Assembly: GCA_964583975.1 (NCBI GenBank)
Contig: CAZOXU010000004.1
Location: 70,100-134,099 of the forward strand
From: an uncultured Planctomycetales bacterium
Lineage (GTDB): Bacteria > Omnitrophota > Gorgyraeia > Zapsychrales > Fredricksoniimonadaceae
Reading direction: 5' to 3'
DNA length: 64,000 nt
The notes under the pieces: model-generated
The model's database searches: none
What the model was told of the DNA's origin: nothing
The model's input: the letters and a program-made list of their open reading frames with translations, nothing else
Translations under genes and position numbers: made by a program
Part shown: one piece after another, positions 18,303-29,031 of the stretch
Position numbering within the stretch: the first letter of the stretch is position 1
Layout of the letters: every line of letters starts with the position of its first letter

Positions 18303-20101
18303 TAAATACTATATTCAGGGTCTAACACAACCGCCTTAACCAAAAGGTCTACGATTTTTTTGACCGCAGCTTCGGAGTCTTCATTCTCTATAAGATTCAA
18401 ATCTATACTGCTTTCTAAAAACCGATTGTCCCCAACATTGACTACAAAGGTCCTATTAGGACTATTTAATTTCTTAAGCATATCTAACTCATACTGGTCA
18501 ATATCGGTGATGCTCGTCAGCATAATTAGCCCCGCATCAGTCATGATATGCGCCAATTCTCCTAATTGTTCTAAAGCTTCATACTTACCTAATGTTTTAT
18601 CTTTAGAATCATGGGTGGCCAGTGCTAATCGATTTGAAATTCCAAGAAAATAAACATTCTTATCCAAATTAAACAGTTGTTCTTCGAGAGCCTTAGCAAT
18701 ACGTTGTTTACCAGTATCAATCTTACCTGTAATAATGATAAAAGCAGATTTGTGTTGGTATTTGGAAGCCCGGATATCTGGAGTAATATGACTTCTTTCC
18801 CATCCATATTCACGTTTCTTAATCTGGTTATCTAGTAAACTGGCACTATCAAAAACAGGAGCTAAAATAATACCTCCTCCTGCAATCTCATAGTTATCTA
18901 CTAAAACAAAACGTCCTGTCTCAGCAATATCAGCTACTAAATCAAAGGCAACAGGCTTTAATGTTTCAAAAATGACTTCTCCTACTTCATGACGATCTAC
19001 ATGTGGTTTACGGCTGGCTGCCAACTCTGCCGCATTAAGGACTTGAGTAATTTCAGAAACAATTACAGGAACTTGCTGGGTAGCAATCTTTAATTTGTAT
19101 GTTTTAGACTTCACCAAAGGTTGTTTACCCATCCAAAAAACATTGGCCTTGAATTTGGTAGCCACCTGAGGATTCTTCTGGGTAGGCTTTACCATCACTT
19201 CCCCGGGACGAATATAAATCTCAGTCTCCATAGTAAATCCTGAACTTTGGCCAGCCGAAGCCTCTTTACGTATTGGACCATTGAAATACTCAATCGTCTT
19301 AATTCGATTCTTCTTACCCGAAGGTAGAAAAAGAATCTCATCTCCCACTTTCACTGTTCCAGTTTCAATACGACCAGCCACAATACGTCGCTCATCACCC
19401 TCTTCTGTAAATTTATAGATATCCTGAACCGGCATACGAAAAACTTGGTTTTCTTTAGGAGCAGCCTTTTCGAAACTATCTAAGACTCCTAAGATGGGTT
19501 CACCTTTATACCAAGGCATATTCTTGGACGGACCAATCATGTTATCCCCATGAAAAGCAGCAATGGGAATAAAACATTTAGGCTTCAGATCTATTTCATT
19601 GAGAAATTTAGTGTAGTCAGCTTTAATCTGCTCAAAAACTTGCTTGTCATAACCAACCAAATCCATTTTATTAACGCAAACAGCAATATTTTTAATCCCT
19701 AAGAAACGCATCATATAACCATGGCGTTTGGAATTTTCTTTGATTCCTTCATGAGCATCAATCAATAACAAGGCTGCCTCGGCCCGCGCAGCTCCTGAAA
19801 TCATATTCTTCAAAAATTCGATATGTCCAGGGGCATCAATGATGATGTAATCACGTTTAGCTGATTTAAAAAAACTTCTCGCTGTATCAATGGTGATCCC
19901 CTGAGACTGCTCATCTTTTAGAGCATCAAGCAAGAAAGCATATTCAAAAGGTTTAGCATTACGAACACAGTTGGCTTTGACAGCTTCAAGTTTGCCTTCG
20001 GGTAATGAACCTGTGTCTGCCAATAGGCGTCCTACCAAGGTGCTTTTCCCGTGGTCAACATGCCCCACAATAACCACATTCATTTGTTCACGCTGTTCCA
20101 T
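18302..20101 (-). CDS. cysNC: Sulfate adenylyltransferase subunit 1 (CysN GTPase) fused to an APS-kinase-like C-terminal domain with degenerate P-loop
   Basis: The GTPase motif is intact ([18 protein letters not shown]). The C-terminal domain has GKIDTGKQ in place of the Walker A GLSGSGKS and lacks the DGDN motif. The start overlaps the cysD stop (TAATG). Confidence 0.85.
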   Translation of the reverse strand: MEQREQMNVVIVGHVDHGKSTLVGRLLADTGSLPEGKLEAVKANCVRNAKPFEYAFLLDALKDEQSQGITIDTARSFFKSAKRDYIIIDAPGHIEFLKNMISGAARAEAALLLIDAHEGIKENSKRHGYMMRFLGIKNIAVCVNKMDLVGYDKQVFEQIKADYTKFLNEIDLKPKCFIPIAAFHGDNMIGPSKNMPWYKGEPILGVLDSFEKAAPKENQVFRMPVQDIYKFTEEGDERRIVAGRIETGTVKVGDEILFLPSGKKNRIKTIEYFNGPIRKEASAGQSSGFTMETEIYIRPGEVMVKPTQKNPQVATKFKANVFWMGKQPLVKSKTYKLKIATQQVPVIVSEITQVLNAAELAASRKPHVDRHEVGEVIFETLKPVAFDLVADIAETGRFVLVDNYEIAGGGIILAPVFDSASLLDNQIKKREYGWERSHITPDIRASKYQHKSAFIIITGKIDTGKQRIAKALEEQLFNLDKNVYFLGISNRLALATHDSKDKTLGKYEALEQLGELAHIMTDAGLIMLTSITDIDQYELDMLKKLNSPNRTFVVNVGDNRFLESSIDLNLIENEDSEAAVKKIVDLLVKAVVLDPEYSI

Positions 20102-20982
20102 TACATGTATCCTTCTTTTCGTAACGTCTCAAGACCGCCACCATCTTCTTTATCCTGTGCACGTCCTGAACGCTCAGCAATATTCTTAAATTTACCTTCT
20201 CTAAGTTCTTTGACAATATCTGCCACATTCTTGGCTGTTGATTGAACTGGAGTGGTGCAAGGATAGCAGCCTAAAGATCTATAACGCTGCCCCTTACCCT
20301 GATCAAAATACAAATTAGTAATAGGAATATTCTCACGTTGAATATACTCCCAGATATTTAACTCTGTCCAATCAAGCAAGGGATGAATGCGAATATGAGT
20401 ACCAGGGGCAAAATCAGTTTTAAACTGATTCCAAAGTTCTGGCGGCTGATCACCAACATCCCAGTCACTATTTCTATCTCTAGGAGAAAAGTAACGCTCT
20501 TTAGAACGACTACCTTCCTCATCAGCACGCGCACCTACAATCACCCCAATATAGGGCTCAGTATTCGTATCAACATCATATTTTCCTGTCTTATGGTTTA
20601 ACCGCCAGCGTGGCCATTCCCCTGAAAGCGTCTTTTTTAATGCTTCAGTTTTAAGCGCCTTACAACAAGAAATACGATCAATAGCCCCATCAGGAAAAGT
20701 CTTCTTATCTTTTAATGCTTGAGTATTTTGGCCAACAACCATGTTTAACTTAAAATCCATGGCGAGCTTGTCTCGATACTGGATCATTTCAGGGATCTTA
20801 TAACTCGTATCAATATGAACAAGCGGAATAGGCACGTGACCAAAAAAAGCTTTGCGAGCCAGCCACAATAATACAGTCTAATCCTTACCAATCGACCACA
20901 GCATGACAAGTGACTTAAATTCGCGATAAGCTTCTCTTAATATATAAACGCTTTGTGATTCTAATTGATCTAATTTGTCCAT
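20101..20982 (-). pseudogene. cysD: Sulfate adenylyltransferase subunit 2 (CysD) interrupted by one in-frame TAG at the conserved PP-loop serine (SIGKD*)
   Basis: The CysD alignment is continuous across 20878-20880 in the same frame ([24 protein letters not shown] versus E. coli SIGKDSSVMLHLARKAF). The ORF is otherwise full-length. Confidence 0.8.
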
Positions 20983-20986
20983 AGCC

Positions 20987-21718
20987 CTATTTCTTATTTC
21001 CCTTCCAATTTGGATTATTGTGCAATCCACATTCTTTTTGTTCTGGATTCTCCCACCACCAACGCCCCGCACGAATATCTTCCCCAGGCTTAACAGCTCT
21101 GGTACAAGGAGCACAACCAATAGAAATAAATCCTTGAGCATGCAAAGGATTTACATCAATATTGTTTTCTTTAATATATTTGTGAACATCCTCCAAAGAC
21201 CAATCTACCAAAGGATTCACCTTCACCTTGCCATTAGCTTCATCCCACTCAAATATTTCAAGATTAGCTCGAGTCAAAGCTTGTTGACGTCTAAGTCCAA
21301 CAATCCAAGCATCTACATAAGACAGCGCTCTTTGCAATGGCTCAACCTTACGCACATGGCAACACAACTTACGATTCTCAATACTTTCATAAAATAAATT
21401 AATACCTTTATCCTGGACCATTTTCTCAACCACTTGGGTATTAGGAGAATAGACCCTAAACCTTAAATTAGAATATCTTTTCTGGTTCTTAGCAAGAAGA
21501 TCATACGTTTCTTGAAATAATCGACCGGTATCTAAAGTGAAGATTTCAATATATGGCGCTACCTTAGAAATAATATCAGTAATGACCTGATCTTCCTCTC
21601 CCAGGCTGGTTGCAAAATTGCTCTTATTGCCAAATTCTTGATAGGTCAGCTTAATAATCCCAGCCGCATCTAAACCTTTGGCTCTTTCATTGAGTTGTGG
21701 AATCTTTTCTTTATTCAT
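20987..21718 (-). CDS. cysH: Adenylyl-sulfate (APS) reductase, thioredoxin-dependent, [4Fe-4S] type (CysH family)
   Basis: The PAPS-reductase fold carries the CC...CxxC cluster signature (KLCCHVRKV ... SIGCAPCT) and a C-terminal ECGLH motif. The stop is TAG. Confidence 0.85.
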   Translation of the reverse strand: MNKEKIPQLNERAKGLDAAGIIKLTYQEFGNKSNFATSLGEEDQVITDIISKVAPYIEIFTLDTGRLFQETYDLLAKNQKRYSNLRFRVYSPNTQVVEKMVQDKGINLFYESIENRKLCCHVRKVEPLQRALSYVDAWIVGLRRQQALTRANLEIFEWDEANGKVKVNPLVDWSLEDVHKYIKENNIDVNPLHAQGFISIGCAPCTRAVKPGEDIRAGRWWWENPEQKECGLHNNPNWKGNKK

Positions 21719-21727
21719 AAATTTTCC

Positions 21728-22153
21728 TTAAATATCGTAACTAATGGCTTTGATCTGTTGACGCTGACGGTTACAAAGATCTTCTAGTGTAACTTTCTTT
21801 AAAGTTTCTACAATACTTTTATCAATATCCCGCCACAAAAGACTGATAGCATCATCCTTCTTGTTCTTACGACGTTCTTCATCAAATGTGCCAAGACCAC
21901 CTAGCTCCTTAACTAAGTTAGACAAATTGATCTGACTAGGCGCCTTAGCTAGGGTGTACCCACCGGCCTTACCACGAATACTATGTACATAGCCTAAACC
22001 TTTTAAGGCAATCAAAATATGGATCAAGAATTTTTGCGATACGCCTGCTTTGCGGCTCAGCCCACTAATCTGGGTTGGCGTGGTGTCTGGCCAATGAAGC
22101 CCAAGCTCCAAAAGCGCTCTGACTGCATAATCCATTCTTGCTGAAACTTTCAT
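21728..22153 (-). CDS. Rrf2-family transcriptional regulator (CymR/IscR-like, lacks the Cys cluster ligands)
   Basis: An N-terminal wHTH (MKVSARMDYAVRALLELG...) is present. Only one Cys is found, which suggests a non-Fe-S CymR-type regulator. It is embedded in the cys cluster. Confidence 0.8.
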   Translation of the reverse strand: MKVSARMDYAVRALLELGLHWPDTTPTQISGLSRKAGVSQKFLIHILIALKGLGYVHSIRGKAGGYTLAKAPSQINLSNLVKELGGLGTFDEERRKNKKDDAISLLWRDIDKSIVETLKKVTLEDLCNRQRQQIKAISYDI

Positions 22154-22256
22154 AAATGAGTCCTTGACTTACGGAGCCACAGGCGACGTCAAGTCAACCT
22201 GGACGAATTTATACCGTTTTGACTGCGACCTAGCAGGCAAAATCGGTATTTCCTTA

Positions 22257-23315
22257 TTAAATATCAAATTCATAGAAAGTCACCTGTCTTAATGAAACAA
22301 AAACCTGATCTTGTTTCTTTAATTTTAAAGCACGAAATTCTTCCTGAGTTATTTCTGCTTGAATAGGATTACCTTCTACAGTTACCAAATCAACTTTAAC
22401 CACGGATCCTGCAGGATTTAAATATTCTACTGTTGCTTTTAAAGAGGTCCCATCTTTAGAATTTCTGGTAATCTCAAACTGATGAGGCCTGACAAATACA
22501 TTGGCGGTTTTACTTTCTTTATTAACATTAGGTAAATCAATGGCTGTCCCACCTACGTAGGCTTTTCCATCTTCCACACGAGCATGGAATAAATTCACAT
22601 TACCTAAAAAATTCAATACAAATTTATTGGCAGGCTTGTGATAAACCTCCTCAGGCGTTCCAGCTTGCTCTACCTTGCCTTTATTCATGACAACAATCCT
22701 GTCAGCAACTTCCAATGCCTCTTCCTGATCATGGGTGACAAATAAGGTTGTAATGTGAAGCTGATCATGAAAACGTCTGAGCCACTGGCGTAACTCTTTA
22801 CGCACCTGAGCATCCAATGATCCAAAAGGTTCATCGAGCAAAAGGACCTTTGGTTCAATGGCCAAAGCCCGAGCCAGAGCAATACGTTGGCGCTGGCCCC
22901 CGGAAAGCTGCCAAGGATAACGATTACCGACCCAGTCTAATTGAATCAATTTCAAAAGCTCATTGACCTTAAGCTTGATCTTTTCTTCCGAAGGTCGAAT
23001 TTTCTTAGGCTTCACACGAAGACCAAAAGCAATATTATCGTAAACCGTCATATGACGAAATAAAGCATAATGCTGGAACACAAAACCAACGCCCCGATCT
23101 TTTATTTTCTGATCCTTAGTATCTGCACCTTGAAAATAAATCTCTCCTTGTTCTGCTGTTTCTAACCCAGCAATGATACGCAGCAAGGTCGTCTTTCCCG
23201 ATCCTGACGGACCCAAAAGAGCAATTAATTCACCTGTTTGGATATTCAGATTGATATTATCCAAGGCCTTAAAGGCTCCAAAATTTTTGGTAATTGATTT
23301 AACTTCAATACTCAT
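22257..23315 (-). CDS. cysA: Sulfate/thiosulfate ABC transporter ATP-binding protein
   Basis: Walker A (GPSGSGKTT), signature (LSGGQRQR) and Walker B (LLLDEP) motifs are present, plus a C-terminal TOBE-like domain. Confidence 0.9.
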   Translation of the reverse strand: MSIEVKSITKNFGAFKALDNINLNIQTGELIALLGPSGSGKTTLLRIIAGLETAEQGEIYFQGADTKDQKIKDRGVGFVFQHYALFRHMTVYDNIAFGLRVKPKKIRPSEEKIKLKVNELLKLIQLDWVGNRYPWQLSGGQRQRIALARALAIEPKVLLLDEPFGSLDAQVRKELRQWLRRFHDQLHITTLFVTHDQEEALEVADRIVVMNKGKVEQAGTPEEVYHKPANKFVLNFLGNVNLFHARVEDGKAYVGGTAIDLPNVNKESKTANVFVRPHQFEITRNSKDGTSLKATVEYLNPAGSVVKVDLVTVEGNPIQAEITQEEFRALKLKKQDQVFVSLRQVTFYEFDI

Positions 23316-23317
23316 AA

Positions 23318-24166
23318 TTAATGCGCTCCTTGCCGCGCAAATCTTAATTCATGTTGAAACTTGAACTCCACAATACTTTTAAGGATCAGGGTCACTAATG
23401 CCAACATGGCCAATAAAGAAGCTACTGCAAAAGCAGCAGTAAATTGATACTCATTATAAAGAATTTCAATATGCAAAGGCAAGGTGTTGGTCAATCCTCG
23501 AATATGCCCTGAGACAACTGACACGGCGCCAAACTCACCCATGGCCCTGGCATTACATAAAATCACTCCATACAACAAGCCCCATTTGATATTCGGTAGT
23601 GTGACATACCAGAAAGTTTTAAATCCACTGGCACCTAAGGTAATAGCAGCCTCTTCTTCCTCATTACCCTGAGTCTTCATTAAAGGAATGAGTTCCCGAG
23701 CCACCATTGGAAAGGTTACAAAGATAGTTGCCAAAATAATGGCTGGCGGAGCGAAAATAACTTTTATATCATGCGCCCCTAACCATGGTCCGAAAAGACC
23801 CTGAGCTCCAAACATCAGCACATAGATCAACCCTGAAATCACTGGTGATACTGACAAAGGCAAATCAATTAAGGTTAATAAGAAATTCTTCCCATAAAAG
23901 TCAAACTTTGCGATTGCCCAGGAAGCAGCCACACCAAACACTAAATTCAAAGGGACGGCAACGGCAGCTGTTAACAAAGTTAATCGGATAGCTGCCAAAG
24001 TATTTGGCTCCGTGATAGATTGCCAATAAAAACCCAGCCCCTTATTTAATCCTGTAATTAACACAAGGGCCAAAGGTAATATTAAAAATAAACCTATAAA
24101 AGACAAAGCAATCCCTATTAAGGTCCATTTAATATAGGCTGGTTCTTTGCGCACGTTTGACATCAA
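23318..24166 (-). CDS. cysW: Sulfate ABC transporter permease CysW
   Basis: This is a six-TM ABC permease with an EAA-like loop, located between cysA and cysT. Confidence 0.85.
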   Translation of the reverse strand: MMSNVRKEPAYIKWTLIGIALSFIGLFLILPLALVLITGLNKGLGFYWQSITEPNTLAAIRLTLLTAAVAVPLNLVFGVAASWAIAKFDFYGKNFLLTLIDLPLSVSPVISGLIYVLMFGAQGLFGPWLGAHDIKVIFAPPAIILATIFVTFPMVARELIPLMKTQGNEEEEAAITLGASGFKTFWYVTLPNIKWGLLYGVILCNARAMGEFGAVSVVSGHIRGLTNTLPLHIEILYNEYQFTAAFAVASLLAMLALVTLILKSIVEFKFQHELRFARQGAH

Positions 24167-25014
24167 TTCATTCCTATCTTCTTAGATGTGTACCACTGTA
24201 AAAAGTTTGTAAAAGCTAAGATCGCAAAAGAAATTAAAAGCATCACTACAGCAATAGCTGTTGCACCTGTGTAATCATATTGCTCCAACTTGGTAATAAT
24301 GAGCAATGGAGCCACTTCTGTTTTACCAGGCATATTACCTGCAATAAACACAACCGAGCCATACTCTCCAATACAACGGGCAAAAGCCAGGCTAAAACCA
24401 GTTAAGATTGCTGGTAAAAGCACAGGAAAAATAACCTTTATAAATGTCTGCCAGCGATTAGCACCAAGGCTCGTAGCTGCCTCCTCTAACTCTGGATCCA
24501 GATCTTGCAAAATAGGCTCAATGGTTCGAACAATAAATGGCAAACCAATAAAAATTAAAGCTAACGTAATGCCTAAAGGTGTATAGGCGGATTGAATTCC
24601 TATTTTATACAAGTATTGGCCCATCCATCCGTTGGAAGAATATAAGGTTGTTAAGGCAATGCCAGCCACGGCAGTAGGTAAAGCAAATGGCAAATCGATT
24701 AAAGCATCAACAATTTTTTTGCCTGGAAACTTATATCGAGCCAGAACCCAGGCTATTAAAAACCCAAATACAACATTCACACAGGATGCCACAAAAGCAG
24801 CCCCAAAGCTTAAACGATACGCAGCCAAGGTTCTTTTAGATAAAATCACTTCCCAAAAATCGTGCCATCCCATGGTGGAAGTCTTAAAAAACAATAAGGA
24901 TAGCGGAATTAACACAATTAAACTGAGGTAAAAAACAGTATAACCTAAGCTTAAATTTAATCCTGGTAAGGTTGTACGTGATTTTAGTAAAAACATAATA
25001 AATGAGGAGGACAA
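24163..25014 (-). CDS. cysT: Sulfate ABC transporter permease CysT
   Basis: This is a six-TM ABC permease that overlaps cysW by 4 nt. Confidence 0.85.
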   Translation of the reverse strand: MSSSFIMFLLKSRTTLPGLNLSLGYTVFYLSLIVLIPLSLLFFKTSTMGWHDFWEVILSKRTLAAYRLSFGAAFVASCVNVVFGFLIAWVLARYKFPGKKIVDALIDLPFALPTAVAGIALTTLYSSNGWMGQYLYKIGIQSAYTPLGITLALIFIGLPFIVRTIEPILQDLDPELEEAATSLGANRWQTFIKVIFPVLLPAILTGFSLAFARCIGEYGSVVFIAGNMPGKTEVAPLLIITKLEQYDYTGATAIAVVMLLISFAILAFTNFLQWYTSKKIGMN

Positions 25015-25099
25015 CCCATAAAGGTTGTCCTCAGATAATTTTTAACATGATTAAATTACTAATAAAGTAAGATTTTAGCAATCTAATTTTTTAATATCA

Positions 25100-26035
25100 T
25101 CATGATCTAAAATCTGCAAAAAGATCTGTTGATAGATATCTCTCCCCAGTTGAAGGAATAATGGTTACAATAAGCTTTCCTTTATTCTCTGGACGGGAAG
25201 CTATTTTTAAAGCTGCAGCTACATTCCCGCCAGAAGAAATACCACAAAGAATACCTTCTTCACGTATAAGTCTTTTAGCGGTTGCGAATGATTCATCATT
25301 TGTAACCTGAATTATTTCATCAACAATCTTAGTATCTAAAATTGAAGGAACAAAACCTGCTCCAATTCCTTGAATTTTATGCGGACCAGCCTGTCCACCT
25401 GAAAGAACCGGCGAAGCTGATGGTTCAACTGCAATGGCTTTAAAGGACGGTTTACGCTCTTTAATAACTTGAGAGACTCCGGTAATAGTACCGCCAGTTC
25501 CTACTCCAGCAACAATAAAATCAACCTTGCCATCAGTATCTCTCCATATTTCTTCAGCAGTTGTTAAACGATGAATTTCAACATTCGCCTGATTATCAAA
25601 CTGTTGAGGCATAAAATACTTTTCAGGATCTGAATCATAGATCTCTTTAGCTTTCTTAACAGCTCCCTTCATTCCCTCTGGACCTGGAGTTAGAATCAAT
25701 TCAGCGCCTAATGCTTTTAACAAGGCTCGCCTTTCTAAGCTCATGGTTTCTGGCATAGTTAAAAGTAATTTATACCCTCTAACTGCCGCCACAAAAGCTA
25801 ACGCAATACCGGTATTCCCAGAAGTGGGCTCTACGATTACAGTATTAGCCTTAATTTTTCCAGCCTTCTCAGCTGATTTGATCATATTAAATCCAATACG
25901 ATCTTTAACAGAATGTAGCGGATTGAAAAACTCAAGCTTAGCAACAACCGTTGCTTCTAGCCCCTTAGTTAACTTATTCAAACGAACCAAAGGCGTATTG
26001 CCTATCAATTCAGTTATATCATTTGCAATTTTCAT
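25100..26035 (-). CDS. cysK: Cysteine synthase A (O-acetylserine sulfhydrylase), PLP-dependent
   Basis: The N-terminus ([16 protein letters not shown]) and PLP-lysine region (SVKDRIG) match CysK. The start overlaps the upstream HPr-like stop (ATGA). Confidence 0.9.
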   Translation of the reverse strand: MKIANDITELIGNTPLVRLNKLTKGLEATVVAKLEFFNPLHSVKDRIGFNMIKSAEKAGKIKANTVIVEPTSGNTGIALAFVAAVRGYKLLLTMPETMSLERRALLKALGAELILTPGPEGMKGAVKKAKEIYDSDPEKYFMPQQFDNQANVEIHRLTTAEEIWRDTDGKVDFIVAGVGTGGTITGVSQVIKERKPSFKAIAVEPSASPVLSGGQAGPHKIQGIGAGFVPSILDTKIVDEIIQVTNDESFATAKRLIREEGILCGISSGGNVAAALKIASRPENKGKLIVTIIPSTGERYLSTDLFADFRS

Positions 26036-26298
26036 ATTCCTGCTCCATCTGTAAGTATTAACGATACTTTATCTATTGTTTTTTGCTCATCTTCTCCTGC
26101 TGCAGTAACCTTCAAAACTGAATTCTTTTCTGCTGCTAAAATCAGCAGATCTAGAATAGAAGCAGCATCAGCAGACTGACCGTTTTCATTAAAGAAAGTG
26201 ACTTTAGAACTAGAGTTTTGAGTTTCTTTTACAATCTGAGCTGCAACTCGTAAATGCAAACCTTGTGGTGATTTAATTTCAATTTCTTTTGTTAACAT
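26032..26298 (-). CDS. HPr-family phosphocarrier-like protein
   Basis: The HPr fold retains the active-site motif GLHLRVAAQ (His15/Arg17 equivalents) and a Ser46-region equivalent (DAASILDL). The product is 88 aa. Confidence 0.7.
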   Translation of the reverse strand: MLTKEIEIKSPQGLHLRVAAQIVKETQNSSSKVTFFNENGQSADAASILDLLILAAEKNSVLKVTAAGEDEQKTIDKVSLILTDGAGI

Positions 26299-26389
26299 AA
26301 AGTGCCCTTTCTAGAAATAGTTAATTGAAATAAAATAATCTTATTTTCAACAACATATTTCCATAGACACAAAAAAGTGCATCTTCATA

Positions 26390-27388
26390 TTAATTACCAT
26401 AAATCTGATCAAAGATTCCCTTATCTGCAAAATGTTTCTTTTGTGCAACTTTCCAACCACCAAAATCATTAATCGTAATTAAATTAACAGGTTTAAATTG
26501 TGAAGAATACTTTTGAGCAACAGTATCTAATCGAGGACGGTAGTAATGTTTAGCAGCAATTTCTTGTCCTTCTTCACTATAAAGATATTTTAAATATTCC
26601 TCAGCAATTTTTTTCGTACCATGTTTTTCAGCTACACGATCCACTACAGCAACTGGTGGCTCTGCTAAGATACTTAAGGACGGGACAACAATATCAAATT
26701 GATCTGGTCCTAATTGATTAACAGCTAAATATGCTTCGTTCTCCCAGGCTAATAAAACATCACCAATTTTTCTTTCAACAAATGTAGTCGTTGAACCTCT
26801 AGCTCCTGAATCCAAAACTGGAACGTTTTTAAACAACAAGCCAATAAATTCTTTTACTTTAGATTCATCACCATCAAATTTTTTCAAAGCATAACCCCAA
26901 GCAGCTAAATAATTCCATCGTGCGCCGCCAGAAGTTTTTGGATTTGGAGTAATGACTGAAACTCCAGGTTTAACTAAATCATCCCAATCATGAATGTTTT
27001 TTGGGTTTCCTTTGCGAACCAAAAATACAATAGTTGATGTATATGGAGTACTATTATTATCTAGCTTGGATTGCCAATTTCTTGATAATAAGTCGCTTTT
27101 CTCAGCAATATTATCAATATCATACGATAAAGCCAAGGTTACTACATCCGCATCTAATCCATCAATAACTGATCGGGCTTGTTTACCACTACCTCCATGA
27201 GATTGATTGACCACCACATCATCTCCGGTTAAAGATTTCCAGTGTGCTGCAAAAGCTTTGTTATAACTTTCATACAGCTCTCGCGTTGGATCATACGAAA
27301 CATTTAAAAGTGTAATTTGTTTGGCCCACACAGAACCTGTGAGAAGTAGAACTGCGAACAATGTTAAAAAAATATTGCGTGTTTTCAT
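26390..27388 (-). CDS. sbp: Sulfate/thiosulfate ABC transporter periplasmic substrate-binding protein
   Basis: It has a signal peptide and the Sbp/CysP fold. The start is set at MKTRNIF because AAGGAG lies 9 nt upstream; the ORF-track upstream extension is rejected. Confidence 0.85.
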   Translation of the reverse strand: MKTRNIFLTLFAVLLLTGSVWAKQITLLNVSYDPTRELYESYNKAFAAHWKSLTGDDVVVNQSHGGSGKQARSVIDGLDADVVTLALSYDIDNIAEKSDLLSRNWQSKLDNNSTPYTSTIVFLVRKGNPKNIHDWDDLVKPGVSVITPNPKTSGGARWNYLAAWGYALKKFDGDESKVKEFIGLLFKNVPVLDSGARGSTTTFVERKIGDVLLAWENEAYLAVNQLGPDQFDIVVPSLSILAEPPVAVVDRVAEKHGTKKIAEEYLKYLYSEEGQEIAAKHYYRPRLDTVAQKYSSQFKPVNLITINDFGGWKVAQKKHFADKGIFDQIYGN

Positions 27389-27404
27389 TTTGAATTTCTC
27401 CTTG

Positions 27405-27474
27405 TATGTCATTCCCGAAAGTTTTAATCGGGAATCTAGTGTCTTGATCCCCGATAGAAACATTCGGGGATGAC
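27405..27474 (-). promoter_or_regulatory. Nested inverted repeats (structured RNA/terminator-antiterminator-like) between the porin stop and sbp start
   Basis: The outer stem tgtcattcccgaaa pairs with ttcggggatgacaa. The inner stem pairs aatcgggaatc with gatccccgat. Each has one mismatch. Confidence 0.3.
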
Positions 27475-27480
27475 AATTAT

Positions 27481-28857
27481 TTAATATTGTAACTGAAACC
27501 GACTCATGACTAAATTCTCAGTTTTACGATTTAAATCTGCTGCTGAAGCTCCACCTTTAAATCTGGTTTGTTCATAATCTAACGATAATTTAAAGTTTTT
27601 ATGTGGGTACCAATTTAAGCCACTTCCCCAAGCATCAGCCTGACTAATACTTGATGTACGAGAAGCAAACCCACTATCAAAAGCATTATTATCAATATTA
27701 AGATGACCATAACGACCAACTACTTCAAAAGCACCCCAAGTACCTTTTGACCAATCAAAATTCGTACGCGGTGTTATACCTTTATAAGAGGCTACCTCAC
27801 CCGTTAATACATAATTAGAACTGACTCCCCATGCCGTATTACTAAACTGTTCTCTGACAGGTACTGATGCGGTTGTTTTCTGAACTTTTTGTTTAGAAAC
27901 AGCATATTCACCAATTACGCCAAAGGCACCATTGTAATAGTACGCTTGTGGACTTATTCTTATATGAGGCCCATCAGCTGTTACACCCGAACTGTAGCTG
28001 AAAATATTAACCTGACCAGTAGATTTGTAAGTTGGTATAGTTGCTCCTTCCTTATGACCATAGGATCCACCGACACCAACGCCTAATCCTTTTAATTTTT
28101 CAGGACCGGCATTTTTAAATGGCTGAACAAATACACGAGCAACTACATCTTTGTCACTATTACCATCTGTGTCCTGATTCGTTGAAGAAGCTAAATCTGC
28201 TGAGCCATTAAATATACCTGCAGCATAATTGACTGAATCACCAAACAGATCTCCACCTAATTGAAAACCAACTTCACGGTTAGGTAATAAGTTAGAAGTT
28301 AAACCAACTTCTACAAAGTTAGAAACAGCATCAGATTGTAATCGTTCTAATCCTAGTGGTGCTTTAAATTTACCACCACGTAATTTTAATGTAGGATCGA
28401 ATTTAAACTCACCATAGCCATCCACTAGAGTTGATGCACCACTACCAAAGTCTGGCATAAGGTAATAATCAAAATTCTTACCTACTGTTCCACTAAATAT
28501 CAAACGGGCACGTCTGACAGTGAAAGTATCTGTTGTACTATTATCTTTCTGATTATCTTGAAAGAAACGACCATCAGCTTGAACCAATCCTCCAATCTTT
28601 AATTTAAAGCTTTCATCAGGACTTTTAATACTAAAACCATCCTTAGTATTGGCTGTAATTATTGGAACATCTGGAGCTTTCTTTGCAGCTTCTTCCTTAT
28701 CAACTTCGATTTGACGCTTCAAAATAGCTACCTGTTGTTCTAGATCATTTAATCTTTGTTCTAAAGCCGTTGTATCCGCAAACACTGGACTTACGCTTGA
28801 AAATGGTAGTAACACAGTTAAACCTAAAACTCCTAATTTACGCCGAAAAGACTTCAT
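27481..28857 (-). CDS. Anion-selective outer-membrane porin, OprO/OprP (phosphate-selective porin O/P) family
   Basis: It has a signal peptide and the family motif [16 protein letters not shown] (compare OprP FSFKLGGRLQADYGRF). The beta-barrel ends ...RFQLQY with a terminal aromatic residue. Confidence 0.75.
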   Translation of the reverse strand: MKSFRRKLGVLGLTVLLPFSSVSPVFADTTALEQRLNDLEQQVAILKRQIEVDKEEAAKKAPDVPIITANTKDGFSIKSPDESFKLKIGGLVQADGRFFQDNQKDNSTTDTFTVRRARLIFSGTVGKNFDYYLMPDFGSGASTLVDGYGEFKFDPTLKLRGGKFKAPLGLERLQSDAVSNFVEVGLTSNLLPNREVGFQLGGDLFGDSVNYAAGIFNGSADLASSTNQDTDGNSDKDVVARVFVQPFKNAGPEKLKGLGVGVGGSYGHKEGATIPTYKSTGQVNIFSYSSGVTADGPHIRISPQAYYYNGAFGVIGEYAVSKQKVQKTTASVPVREQFSNTAWGVSSNYVLTGEVASYKGITPRTNFDWSKGTWGAFEVVGRYGHLNIDNNAFDSGFASRTSSISQADAWGSGLNWYPHKNFKLSLDYEQTRFKGGASAADLNRKTENLVMSRFQLQY

Positions 28858-29031
28858 ATTATTAACTCCTGTTTATTTTTTTGTTTCTACTTAACTTATC
28901 CTGTGGAACGAAAGAAAATGATGAACCGAGCCTTAACAACAAGGCTGGCAAGAAGCGCGGGATTGGTGATTTATAATCATTACTAAATTAATCATGTAAG
29001 TAAGTATATTAGATAAAAATTTTTTGTCAAA

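Noticed and set aside
20869-20880. TAG in cysD as evidence of stop-codon reassignment
   Set aside because: TAG terminates neighbouring genes (cysH, ilvH) in sensible places, so a global code change is not supported. The TAG is reported instead as a localised nonsense codon, error or read-through.
27389-27463. ORF-track N-terminal extension of the sulfate-binding protein (start at 27463)
   Set aside because: The extension lacks a signal-peptide context and has no Shine-Dalgarno sequence. MKTRNIF has AAGGAG at optimal spacing and begins a canonical signal peptide.
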